Shown here: piece after piece, positions 24,733 to 37,715 of the stretch | Layout: every line of letters starts with the position of its first letter | Position numbering within the stretch: position 1 is the first letter of the stretch | Source of the DNA: Squalus acanthias | Lineage: Eukaryota | Reading direction: 5' to 3' | Assembly (NCBI GenBank): GCA_030390025.1 | Contig: CM059432.1 | Span: forward strand, 135,596,001 to 135,656,000 | DNA length: 60,000 nucleotides | The notes under the pieces: generated by a model | What the model saw: the letters and a program-made list of their open reading frames with translations, nothing else | The model's database searches: none | What the model was told of the DNA's origin: nothing | Position numbers and translations under genes: made by a program

Positions 24733-24885
24733 AAAAGGAGTAGGCCATTCAGCCCCTCGAGCCTGATCCGCCATTCAGTTAGATCACAGCTAAACTGGAG
24801 CACAACTCCATTTACCTACCTTTGCTCTATATCCTTTGATACACTTACCTAACAAAAATCTATTGATCTCAGTCTTGAAAATGTT
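24733..24885 (-). mobile_element. CR1 3' UTR fragment
   Basis: aggagtaggccattcagcccctcgagcctg matches the other CR1 3' ends in the window. Confidence 0.75.
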
Positions 24886-27800
24886 CAACTCTGAAGAGCT
24901 TTGGGATGTTTCATTACATCAAAGGCACTGTACAAGAGCAAGTTGTTGCTATTGATTCAGTGATTTTACTAATCCAATACAAATCTTAAAAAATTTGACA
25001 CAGAGTATACTTTATATTAATAATACAATCAGTATGCCCACAATAACGATATTATCAAATGTTTATACACAGAGGTTCCATTTAATTCAATCTGTGAGGA
25101 GCAGCACATTTTAAATCATTGTCCAATTAGTGTGCCTCCATTTAATTAACCTTCAAAGTACTGAATTTAATATATGGAAACTTTGAATGTAAACTGGTAT
25201 GTACAGTGTTTGGTTTCATTGTGACTGAAATGATCTTGTGTTGGTAAAGGTATTATTATAAACCAATTTACGTATAAGTCATATATATTATCTGGCCTGT
25301 TGAGATAATACAATGTCCTGCAGAATCTGGGGCCTGTGATGAGCTGAAACTCCTGGTGTGACCCACTTCAGACAGTGAGTCACTGCAGGACTCAAGTGAA
25401 CTCCAGAAATGTGTATTACATTACCACTTCACAGGTAAGAGGCTCCTTTGACTCTTGACTCTTTTGTGCTTGTATATACATGTGCTCTAACATTCCTTTT
25501 TTCTTTGACCTCAACTCTCATTCCTATACTTTTTTTTGACACTGATTACTGTCATCAGTCACACAAATGTGTAATAGCTTTCACTTCTGCCCTTTGTTTC
25601 CCTTGTGGAGGACAGGAGGCTTGGATTAGGAACGGTAGACTTGATTGTTATTATTTCTAATCCTTTGACTTTACCCTACAAAGTTAGACCTTACAAGTGC
25701 TTTTTTTAAAACTAATTATTTTATGGATATCACTCCAGACTGCATTAACATTGTTTATATTTTGTTATCTAGAGTGCAACTGCATTTGTGAGGTTATTTA
25801 CAACAGTTTCAAATGTAGCACATTTGTAAAGTGAAATGTTCCTTGTAATAATATCACAGTTTAATTTCATTAAAACATTCTAGAATAAATTGATCATTGG
25901 AACTGAAGAGAGAAGATATACTTAAATTTCACAGTATAATCAGAACAAAATTGGGGCTCCCTCATTGGTTCAGTGATGAACCTGGCAGCAATCAATATTG
26001 CAGTACTGAAGCTACGCCCTTGCATCTTAGTAGCATTGTTACTGTAAAATTAGGGGGGGGGGGGGTGCCGCTTTCTAAACAGATAGCCGTCTGAGGATCA
26101 TCTATGTGAGTCACTTGTGTCTGTGCGAAATATCCTGCAAGGTTTGATGAGGAATATGGAGGAGTCCATTCGTTGGATCGATGTAGTCATGGATGAATGG
26201 TTGCCAAGCACTGCCGTCTACCAAAGAGCATATGGCAATTCCTATAACATGTGGAGCACAACCCTTATTGGCACAAGTCATAAGCACATGGGAGAATCTC
26301 TTATGAATGCTCAGACTGTTAAAGGCCGTGGCCTCAAATCTAAAAGTGGCCATTTTGTCTGATTTGAACACGGTGGTTAAATGTTGGATTTAGAGAACCT
26401 TCAGGTCCATAGAACTTGTTGCTGTGTGGAGTTCTGCTCCTACACAGACTCCTACACCTGAGGGAGTGGACAGCAATAGTAGCGTGCTTAGAGTAAGCAC
26501 AGATAAAGCTACTATTCCCAGCCCATTGAGCAGAGCCATCAATAAATACTATACAAGGAGGTATAGGTCTACCAGAATCACAACCGTCACTGAAACTCTG
26601 CAACCAGTCACACACTTACTCCTTCCACAGGGGAATCACTTGGAACCACTATACACACAATTCACCAGCACTAAAACACACCGGCAACACAAACACATAT
26701 ATCACACAATGTAGGAGCCTAAATAGGAGGCACTTGATGCTAAGAATTTCTTTATGATTGCTGGGCACTGATGATATTGGAGGAAGTGCAGATGATAGTG
26801 TTGCTGGAAATGTTTTGGGTCACCTTATTTTTTTTTAATATATATATACATGTGGACAACAGGGTTTTTTAAAATGGCAGTTCAAGCACTTAGCTAAATG
26901 TATCTTATATGAGCACCTGTCAGACAAATCCTGCTCACTGCACTGAGGTTTCAAGAGCTACATTCTCATGGTTGCTGTCTGCCTCCTGCAGATTACAATT
27001 ATCCTGGCAACCTAAATCATCCCTGATCTGTCCAGACATTTGAAATACTGCTTCAAGATGCCAGTGATATGCTCAGTAATGATCCCAGTGGTTACATGGG
27101 CTCATTGCAATAGTGCTCAAGTCCTGTTCATGACTGCCACAAGGGTGTCAACAGACAGAGCTGAAGGAGGATATCTTTGGTCTCCTAGGAGCTATCCTTC
27201 TAGTTTTGCTGAGCCTTCGAATAAGCCTGACACATGTGATTGGCATAATACGAGAGCATTGCAAGTGCTGCCTAGGAAGCAGGCCTTGACCTGCATGATT
27301 CTTAGCAAGCTCCTGGCTCATACTGGGCCTGGTACTGGGAGCTCACCAAAGGCAGGGGAAGTACATTGTTTCCAAGAGCAGCCCTTAAAGGGTTCCTGCC
27401 AAAATTAAAAAAGTTAGTGACCACATCGGGAGAAATATTTGTTCCAAAGATAGTAAATATTTTAGATATGTTTTTCAGCTTTTCCAAAGGCTGTATGGAG
27501 CATAATAAATGGTTGGCAAAACCCAAAGGAAAACTAATGTGGATGCAGGAAACAGAGTCTGTCCAAATGAGGGGGTGACACAGCACTCGACCCACCTGTG
27601 TGATGGCTGACAAAGTGGAGCTCTTACTGTATGAGCTTGGGGGGGTGGGGGGAAATGGGAAGTGGAGGGTTGCTGTCTTTTGTACTCCACGGTACCCACC
27701 CCAGAGGACAGCAGTGTAGCGAACCTGGTGGATAGTAGCTCGGCTCTACATTGTTCCGTACCCATACAGTCTGGAACAGATGTAGAAGATGGCACACCTT

Positions 27801-29675
27801 AAAGAATATGCCATGGTAAGACTAGCCAACAGTACCATTTACCAGGGTGCATGCCTCATAGTGTTGTCAATCAATTTCACTTTTATTGCTGGCTGATACG
27901 AAGCCCTCATGTAACCTTACAGCTCTTTCATTGCTTATTATGCATGCCAATACTTCAGGAGGACACACGTTCAAGCTGCAACTTACAACTGACACACGTG
28001 CCCCACGCACATCTTCAAAAGGGTTTCACGCATAAAATCATTGAGAACCTATCTGGATAATACTTGGTCACATTCTGGCATACAGGATGGTCTACAGAAT
28101 GACCACGTGCCTAAAATCAATGGCTCCTGTAGTTTGGGAAATGCAGCAGTGCGATAACATTGGGCAGCTATGCCATACTGATTTTATATTCATTGAGAAA
28201 GCAGATGAAAGTTCTGACCATAATGACTTATGCACCTGTTCGATGCATGCGAGGAACACATTGGCAGGTATTGCAGATGATTCTGTGTTAGCCTGGAAGG
28301 AGGTGGAAGCAGAAAAATTTGAGAGAGATGACGACCCCGATTCCTACCAGCAGAGTCTTATGGTGCGGGTTGGCCGCAGGTATCCTTGCAGTTGATGACA
28401 TAGATCTTCAACTGGCTTTATGCTGACCTGGAGTCTGCAGAGTCAAGTTTCCCATAGTCATTGGTGGGTTGGTGAATTAGGGCCTGCAGATATGGTTGGT
28501 GGTATAATGGTTGGGTCGTCTGGCTCTGCTGCCTGTTGATTTCCCTGACATGCCTTCACTACCCCGCAATGTATCTGGGGCACTTCAAAATCAACTGCCA
28601 TCGTCATTTTAATTTGACTGGCTAACTCCTACGAGACTTTTCACTTAGATACCTTGACACTCCCCAAGCTCCTGTGCAAGTCTGGATTGTAAGAGGCCCT
28701 TATTTCAGCTCTTCCTGTTTTGCTGAAGTCTTGGAAATGTTTCAATTAATGTCAGCGTTCTGGTGAATTTACAGACAAATCAAGCATTTAGATCGCACAT
28801 GAATATATTCCTCAAATAAGTTTTTAAAATAGAACTTTTTCTCATTAAAATGCCAACAACCAGTACTAATGTCTTGTAAAACTGGAAAATAAAAAAGATG
28901 GCTAAATAGCCTGTGACTCTAAAGTTGCATTATCCATAGGCTCACGCTAGAGGGGCAAAGGGATTGGGCAGTGCAATCCTCTCCTAAGCAGACAGGAAAC
29001 TGCTGTCAACTTTATTTCAATGGATTGCAATATTTAAAGAAAGCTTTGACCCATTTGCAGCAAGCCCACTTTGGGCATGTCTGAAAGGCCCACCATAAGA
29101 CTGCGCTCAGTGCTGAAATGGAGCGGATCGGACTATATGGATCCAAGCCAGATTTTCAGATCCTCTAGTGCCTGTTCTGCATGGGCACCAGAAACGATTA
29201 GGTCCCCGCCTGCCTCTTGCAGGCCCTTGGCAATGGCCTGATTCTGTATGTTAAAATAAGGGGTGGGAATGGGGCTAGGTTGCTCAATCCTGATATTTTA
29301 ACCTGCCCCCCACTTCCCGCCTGTCGAGGCCTATGCTTTTTACGCTACCCGATATCTTTGGCAGAACTTCCTTACTTCTGGTCATCCTCCTCAGATGCCA
29401 AGGTAGGAATAAAAGTTATCCGTTTTGCAGTGAACTTTGTCAGCAGGAACTTGGTGATGTTTGCGTAATTCAATGCACTCTCCTCTTAACAAGCAACTAT
29501 TGACAGGCACAATTATTACAAGCTCAAGTATAGCTGTGCACACCACCTTCAATGCCTCGACAGCAATTTTAGACCAGGCAGAAACATATGCACTCGGAAC
29601 AATATTGACCACTAATGCACATTTGACCCTGGTGCAACCATCATTACCGAGAGCAATTTTGAGGCTTACGCATGG

Positions 29676-30018
29676 TTAGAATGATACAGCACAGAAGGAG
29701 GCCATTTGCCCCATCGTGCATGTGCCGGCTCTTTGAAAGAGCTCTCCAATTAGTCCCACACCCTTGTTCTTTCCACATAGCCCTGTGAATTGTTCCTTTA
29801 AGTATTTATCCAATTACCTTATGAAAGTTACTATTGAATCTGCTTCCACCGCCCTTTCAGGCAGTGCATTCCAGATCATAACAACTCGCTGCGTAAAAAC
29901 ATTTCTCCTCATGGCGCCTCTGGCTCTTTTGCCAATTACCTTAAATCTGTGTCCTCTGGTTACCGACACTCCTGCCAGTAGAAACAGTTTCTCCTTATTT
30001 ACTCTATCAAAACCCCAC
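29676..30018 (-). mobile_element. CR1 LINE 3' fragment
   Basis: GFDRVNKEKLF...TRGHRFKV...RRNVFTQRVVMIWNALP plus 3' UTR. Confidence 0.9.
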
Positions 30019-31814
30019 ATTGCATTTAGCTCTAGGCTCCAAAATGTTCTCTACTACCACCATTATAAATTGCCAGGAATACTCCAGACAGAGCGTTTAT
30101 TCAACTTTGTAATGCAATTTCAGATTTGAATAAAAAGCAGTAAAAATTATCAGGGGAAATATTCAATTTTCACAAGTTTATTTATTGCTATTATATATTT
30201 TATTCAAGAAATGCTTTAATTCAGCTGCACTCCAGTACATTTAGTTCCATAATGGAGTACAAGGAAGAGAAATGTGTGCTTAGAAATCAGAAACTTTAAA
30301 AGAAAAAAATGCAATATATTACATTACGATGTGCTTGTACCCACTTTTGTTTGTTATCTCAGCCACACTCCTTAAAGGTTTATTCCCAACCACGTGCAGT
30401 TGCGGCCTTGTCGGAAGTTGTCGCCGTGTCATTTTGGGAGCCTTGTTCATTTTCAGTGAACCGCAAGATAAATCAATGATAAATGCTCGTCAGGTACCAC
30501 ACCGGTGCATCTGTGGTATTTTGTCCAGCTCCTGAGGATTGATTTGAAAGAAATTAGAATATTTCGAGCTATTTCAGTAGCGGCACTGACTGGAATCCCT
30601 GGTCATTTGATAATAAAAGGCTGTGCAACAACATGATACTGACTCGGTTCATGCTCGTCCACTGTGAATGCTTCCGTGCTAGAACGAGAAGTTACAGAGC
30701 AATTGGCCGTTATTATTATATTAATGCAGATGTATTTATTCTGACACGTACGCTACCAGTAAGCAAACCCAACATATCCGTAGACTTTTCAGGACGTGAT
30801 CATTCGTTTGATCATTATTCTAAAACGGACCAAGATTTAACAAAGGAATAATTCTGCTCAGGCTTTGCAATAGAGTCATTAGTGATGACGATTAAAGGCC
30901 AGTCACTAAACGACTTGCCATTTTACTGGGATTTCTCACCATCGTTACCAAGTAGCAATCTCTTGAGCTCACCCGAAAGCATCGGGGTTTTTTTTTTGGT
31001 CCGTTGTACGTGAATTACTCAAAGATCTACCAAATACCAACCAGATATAAAAGGTGTTGTTGACTAGTTTGGTGTCTTCCAAGTGAATGTTGCCTTTTGA
31101 CCTGTTGTCCGGTGTCAGTTGCATCCTGTGCCGCAGGAGACCTGTTTTAATTGAGTAATTGCTCCAGTGAAGTCAAATCACCCAGACTTTTAACTTGATA
31201 ATTTCTGAACATTTTAAGAACTTAGCCTCAATTATATCGTAAATTTCATTATAAATATCGCTTCTTCGGCTGACGTGTAACTTCTCGGAAAAGAATCCCT
31301 GTTAATACCTGGGGAAAAAACATACATTAGCATTTAAATTATAACTGATGTCTTTAACAAAATACCGTCTAAATAATTTGATATTGCCGTTGCAGTTGGA
31401 AATATAGAGGACACACAACAGCCACAAGCCACGTTTTAAATGCATTCATTAAATCATAACACAAAATAAAACGGTGACTAATTTACCAAGGTAATGAAAT
31501 CCCTATAAATCTCCCAGCAGGTAGCCGGAGTAATTTCCTGCAATTTTACTTGGAAAAAAAATAGTAAATTGAACTGCTGATAGATCCTTTAAAAAAAACA
31601 TATTTGTTTAATGCGCTTTCGTGTTCTTTCTCGAGTTCTGAAGCTGCTAGCAGTTCATTCCGTTTTAAAAAAAAAGTTTTGCGATTGTGCCGCCTGCTGT
31701 ACAATTTGTACCTTTTCCTGTACTGGTTAGGAAATGGCCAATGCTTTCACAGTTTGAATGCATAGTTCATTCAGTTCACCGGCGCGTATTGTCCTTCTGT
31801 TATCTATCCGTACT

Positions 31815-31908
31815 ACAGTGACTACACTACAAACGCACTTCATTGGCTGTAAAGCGCGTTGGGGCGTCCGGAGGGTGTCAAAGGCGCTATAGAAATGCAA
31901 GTTCTTTA
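31815..31908 (+). mobile_element. DeuSINE 3' tail fragment
   Basis: acagtgactacact...cttcattggctgtaaagcg...gcgctatagaaatgcaagttcttt. Confidence 0.75.
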
Positions 31909-34319
31909 TTGGGTTTCTCTGTCTCTAGGTTTGCGAAAAACCTCAAACGCATTTCACGTCGCTCCACTCGGAGAGAGTGTGCCCACCCATTCCAGTAACT
32001 ATGCAACTTGTGCAATGAATTAGCTTTCTATTTTAGCAATGCTTTTTAGCAAGTCACTGCTGGTTCCCAACCTCGGAACGGTAACATGTTTGAGAAATGG
32101 GATTTGAGTAACTTCAGCCTCCGAGGTGGGTGGCTGTCGGATGTGAAACAACTAATAGGGTCGGTTATGAATTAGTCCCGATTCGTTCCTGTCCCTTAAC
32201 AAAAAAAAAGACAAAATGGTCAGTTTATGAATAATTCAGTTCCTCGCAAATACCCGGAGCCTCGTGTTTAAACCGGGGCGACAGAGAGCTGTGGGGTGTG
32301 TGTGTGTGTGGGTGTGTGTGTGGGGGTGGGGGGTGAATCGGTTCTGGTGTCCCGATAGAAAGGAAACGAAAAGTTTGCAGAAACCATTATCTCACACCAA
32401 TAAAATAAAATGAAAAGTAAGGTTTGAATTCAGACGCGGTTTTTGGGTTTCGGACGGTATCTTAGCCCGATAACCCTCGAGTAACTGAACTGTGCCGGTG
32501 TCACCGCGAACCCGCAGTGCACAATATCCCCTGCTCATGTTAGGAAAGATGCGGCTCATCTTGTCTGAAACGCCCATTAACCACGAGGTGGATCAGTTGG
32601 TGGAAAATACCTTCTCTTTTCCACATTGGTCTTCATGATCAAGTCATAGGGAGAAAGAACTGACTCAGTGAGATCCCCTTTTGCCCAGTACTCACACCGG
32701 TGCGAGATTAAGATTATTTTTAAATTAATATATATATATTTGATTGCTGCTCTTGTACGTGAAGCTAATCCTTCGACACTTACACACAAAACCCCTCCTG
32801 TTTGCACTTTTTAACAAGTAATATTTTTGATACCATCTATTGGGTCGTGTTAAATTGCCTTTTAAGTGGGCCCGACCAAGTGATATCATTGATTTATTAA
32901 GTATTAATACCGGGCAAGTTGCTATGTACTGAGCCTCACCTCTCCTGTGATAATCAAATAGTGCTGCCAAATAAAACAGGAGACTTACGGCGAGCCATTC
33001 TCGTGTTAACATTGCGACAGGAAGAAATAGCTGAAACTAATGATAAAAAAGCCTTAAATGCTGCATGACGTTATTGCAGTCACGGGCAACGCGAAGCAAT
33101 GTTAAGAATGGTCGCATGTTCATTGCAAACTTTTATGTTCTGGGAAAGTTGTCCGCCAATGTTCCAAGAACCTGTAATAAATTAAGAAATAATATTAATT
33201 CACCGCATAGGCGCCGCACACCGAATATTGATTATACAGTCAGAAAATAACGGGACAAAATATTGGGACTTTTAAACAAATTGCATTGTTCATTCGAGTG
33301 TCCTGCAATGTGGAGTAAATTATACTGGGGCGTTATTTTGCTCCGTGTCGGTAAGGAAATACGGTTGTGATGATGGTGTGATTTTCCAATGTTACCCTTG
33401 TCTTGTCCGCTGGAGCTGGAAGTACTGCCTTGTGCGCCCCTTCACTCCCATTCCATCATCTCAGTCCCCCGCTCCCAGGACAACCAGGAAAACAATACAA
33501 CTGGGATAGAATGAAAAGCAGGAAATGTCTTCACAGGTCGTAAACCTGAGCAGCGATTAAAATGACCCACCAGGGACTAACATAACCCCCAACGTTTATT
33601 TAAACTAAGACGTTAAGTGACATCGTCCCTTTATTAGTGAGGGAGGTGGGGAGGGGGGGGGGGGCTCTCTTAACCAGAAACCCCAAGGAAAAAATATGAC
33701 TTTTGAAAACATAATTCATCTACAAGGCACATTCTTGGTATTAAAATGAGACTTTAGGTAAGAATTGCAGACTGAGCAGATTCCGACATACTCCGGGTGT
33801 GATTTGAATGTATTTGTTCCCCAGCAGATGCAACAATTGTTTTCCCCACAAATGGATACAATTTTGTGAAAAAACATAAGGCTTGATATCAGCACGGATC
33901 TTATCTTAACATAGTCTTCTTCGAGGGTAACTGGGATGGTTGTCAAATCGATAATAACTCCGCTTTTGGGCTGTGAGACATTCACTTTCCGGAGCCGAAT
34001 GCTAATAGTATGATCGCAACGGATCGCTCCGATAATTCTGCCCATCAATTGCTGTGTGCAGAGAGGGACCGAGGAAAGGGCTTTCCAGCAACTTCTGCTT
34101 TCAGATTCCCAGCATCTGCGGTGTTTAGCTTTTTTGTTCCAATACTATATTGCTGGCTTGTGATCGAGAAGAACACAGATTAAATGTTCACTTACTGTAA
34201 GACAGCCAACAATCGCTGAAAAATGAAGTGTGCCCCCCCCCCCCCACCCTCAATTGTTATTATGGCGCTGGCAGTTCCAAGTGAGCGCTGCTTAAAAATG
34301 TGATACCGTCAAATATTTA

Positions 34320-34507
34320 TGATGTGGAGATGCCGGTGTTGGACTGGGGTGGACAAATGTGAGAAGTCGCACAACACCAGGTTATAGTCCAACAGCTTTA
34401 TTTGAAATCACAAGCTTTCCGAGCGCTGCTCCTTCGTCAGGTGAAGCTTGTGATTTCAAATAAAGCTGTTGGGACTATAACCTGGTGTTGTGCGATTTCT
34501 CACATTT
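34320..34507 (-). mobile_element. Penelope-like-derived fold-back element (family B) with minimal hammerhead motif
   Basis: ~65-bp inverted arms (34352-34417 / 34444-34510); minus strand reads UCAC-CUGACGA-A-GGAGC-AGC-GCUCG-GAAA-GCUU-GUGA; duplication gtcaaatattta at 34308-34319 and 34508-34519. Confidence 0.75.
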
Positions 34508-34694
34508 GTCAAATATTTAGGCGAGTTTGTTGCAATCTGCTTGTAGTCGCTTTCGAACGTCAGTATAAAACAAGTTGGTGGGGAGCAGGCAGCCCAGAAC
34601 TAATTGAAACAAAATATCCGTCTGTGTATGTTTAAAATTCCGAGCTTAACACCAGAACTGCGATGTTAAACGAATAAGGGGGGGGGGGGGGGGG

Positions 34695-34962
34695 ACCATT
34701 TGGGACTGAGATGAAGAGGAATTTCTTCACTGAAAAAGTTGTGAATCTTTGGAATTCTCTGCCCCCAGAGGGCTGTGGAGGCTCAGTCCTTGAGTATATT
34801 CAAGGCTAAAATTGATAGATTTCTGGACTCTAAGGGAATCAAGGGATATGGGAATAGGGCGGGAAAGGGGGAGTTGAGGTTGAAGGTCAGCCATGATCTT
34901 ATTGAATGGGGAGCAGGCTGGAGGGGCCGAATGGCCGACTCCTGCTCCTAATTCTTATGTTA
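34695..34962 (+). mobile_element. CR1 LINE 3' fragment
   Basis: Matches 7135-7397; ends taattcttatgtt. Confidence 0.9.
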
Positions 34963-36208
34963 CCAGGATATGTCGGGTCATGTCCTTCTCTGTGGGGACA
35001 GATGGCCAAGATAGAGAAGAAGCAGAACTTAAAACAGGCAACAACTGAAAATCTAACCATTTCAACGACGCTGCTATACTTTGTATCTGATTAAAGTGTA
35101 TGCAATGTCTTCTCCAACTAAGAATCCAGCTCGCACATACTGTACCCTGCATATAGAATAAATCACAGTTCGCCCAATAACAGTTCAGGGGGGGGGGGGG
35201 GGGGACACCTTTACATGTCAAAGCCTGGGCAAAATAGGGATCTCTTAGTTGCCTCCTAGAATTTCCTTTTCAGAGTTGCTGCTTGCACTGCCAAGTTAAT
35301 GCTGAAGATCACGAATTTTGAGGATCTTTGAAAAGTTTTAAATGCTTACATCAGTTTCAACCTCCGTGCAAATTTACACTGCATCGCTCTGGTCGGACGA
35401 ATGATGTGCACCTTTATAATTGTGCATGTGTATCTGTCGATGTGGCGGCCCCTGTGAGGTGTTGGGTTTATGTGTACTTTCATACTTGCAAAAGATGCTC
35501 TTGCAAATAGAAGTTGTTCAAAGTGTGAACTGGAATGTCATTTTATTCCATTAGTCTGAAGCGTAATACAAGTCCCGGGACATCATTGACATGTTGACGG
35601 CCCTTATCACCAAGGGATTAGAATCGTTTACAACAGTAGTCCACTGGGTATTCTATTTATTACCACCAGGGCGAAAAACAACACTTTTTCACGCAACTTT
35701 GGCGAGGACTGTTGTAAGTGAGAAGTGTGCGTCAATACTTCCCACAGTCCGAGGAGGTAGCTGTCGCTTCTTTTCGGACATGTTTAGCTGCCAGTTGATC
35801 ATTTCGTAAGTAAGGATTTAGGCGGAACAATCTGCAACGGATAAAAGTTCCAGATCGTTTTTCAGCTGGACACGGAGTTACCTAAAATATTAAACTCTGT
35901 AACTGGAGTGCTTAAAATACAAATATTAATTGGGAAGATCGGTCCGTGCTACTATCAAATGTCGATCTGATTTCAATACGAGTATCTGCAATGTCTACCA
36001 ATCTTCTCACCGAATCTCTCATTTTTCAACACTGCAGCCACAGTGCTGTGGGGAGGGGAAGTAAATCTGGAAAAGGTGCAGTTATTGATTAGCTATAGAG
36101 TAAAAAAATAAAATATTTCATGACCAATAGATTGAAGGTAGTATGGTATAATAAAATGCTTTTAAATCATGCATGTTTAAGATTGATATGAACCCTGTTA
36201 CATATAAT

Positions 36209-37018
36209 GGGGGTCCTTGTACATGAATCACAAAAAGTTAGTATGCAGGTTGCAGCAAGTAATTAGGAAGGCAAATGGAGTGTTGGCCTTTATTGCAAAG
36301 TGGTCATGATGCGGACCTGACGAAGGAGCAGTCGCTCCGAAAGCTTGTGATTTCAAATAAAACTGTTGGACTATAACCTGGTGTTGTGCGACTTCTCACT
36401 TTTATTGCAAAGGGAATGGAGTATAAAAATAGGGAAGTCCTGTTACAACTGTTACACCTGGAGTACTACGTACAGTTTTGGTCTCCTTATTTAAGGAAGG
36501 ATATACTTGCATTGGAGGCAGTTCAGAGAAGGTTCACTAGGTTGATTCCAGAGATGAAGGGGTTGCCTTATGAAGAAAGGTTGAGCAGTTTGGGCCTATA
36601 CTCATTGGAGTTTAGAAGAATGAGAGGGGATCTTATTGAAACATGTAAAATTCTGAAGGGGCTTGACAGGGTAGATGCAGAGAGGATGTTTCCCCTCGTG
36701 GGGGAATCTAGAACTAGGGGGCATAGTTTCAGAATAAGGGGGCACCCTTTTAAATCGGAAATGAGGAGGAATTTCTTCTCTCAGAGGGTCGTGAATCTTT
36801 GGAATTCTCTTCCCCAGAGAGCTGTGGAGGCTGGGTCATTGAATATAGTTAAGGTGGAGATAGACAGATTTTTGAAAGGTAAGAGAGTCAAAGGTTATGG
36901 GGAGCGGGCAGGGAAGTGGAGTTGAGGCCAAGATCAGATCAGCCATGATCTCATTGAATGGCAGAGCAGGCTCGAGGGGCCTAATGACCTACTCCTGCTC
37001 CTGCGTCTTATGTTCTTA
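36209..37018 (+). mobile_element. CR1 LINE 3' fragment interrupted by a 100-bp insertion
   Basis: HLEYYVQFWSPYLRKDILALEAVQRRFTRLIP...VVNLWNSLPQ; ends tcttatgttctta. Confidence 0.92.
36301..36400 (+). mobile_element. 100-bp Penelope-like-derived insertion (family B) with hammerhead core
   Basis: CTGACGA (36317-36323) A GGAGC-agtc-GCTCC GAAA (36339-36342) GCTT; 12-bp TSD tttattgcaaag (36289-36300, 36401-36412). Confidence 0.8.
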
Positions 37019-37611
37019 TATATATTTGGATAAGGGCACAGATTACTCAAGTTGACTGACTGAACTCCAGCTCATAAATGAGAAACAAAATGGGGACTGA
37101 TAAAGTTCAGATCAATGAGAAACCATAGCAGCAGATTTGCTTATAAGTAGACTGCATATGTGTAGCATAATATCCTGGTCATGTGGTGCCAGGTTGAGCT
37201 GCCATTGCAGTCTGCCTGGTCTCAGGCGATTTGAAAAATGGTTCAGTCTGAAAAGGTTATGTTAACTTCCAAGCTTCTACGGGATACATTTTTCGAACCA
37301 GGTTTTCTTTTTTTGGGACTATTGCCAACAGTGTATTGGCTCAAACATTTCAGGGTAAACAAACATCAGTGACTATGTGGGGCAATGAGAGGGGAATCTG
37401 GGTTTTGTTGAATTGGGCTCAAGTCCACTGCCTTAGTGTTCTGCTCTGGGGTTTAGGGAAAAACAGTTGCTGATTCTTCATAACTTTGAGGAAACTCCCA
37501 AGTTGTTTCTGGCCTGCATTTTTTGGATTTTGCATTCTGGTCCCAGGGCTGACAAATATAATTTAGCTCAGTCCAGCCTACTTGGGTATTTCTTCATGTG
37601 TTCTGGCTTTT

Positions 37612-37715
37612 TTACATTACAAGTGACTACATTTCAAAAGGTACTTCATTGGCGGTAAAGCACTTTGGGACGTCCAGTGGTCGTGATAGGCGCTATATAA
37701 ATGCAAGTCTTTTTT
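37612..37715 (+). mobile_element. DeuSINE 3' tail fragment
   Basis: acattacaagtgactaca...cttcattgg...gcgctatataaatgcaagtctt. Confidence 0.75.

Noticed and set aside
26100..28400. Possible very old Harbinger transposase/Myb relic
   Set aside because: Only faint motif resemblance; not supportable without a profile search
32581..32594. CTCF-like CCACGAGGTGGATC
   Set aside because: Mismatch at the conserved GGC core; too weak to call
34678..35204. Long G homopolymers (also near 61-78 and 53075-53107) as G-quadruplex elements
   Set aside because: Common simple repeats with uncertain assembled length and no supporting context
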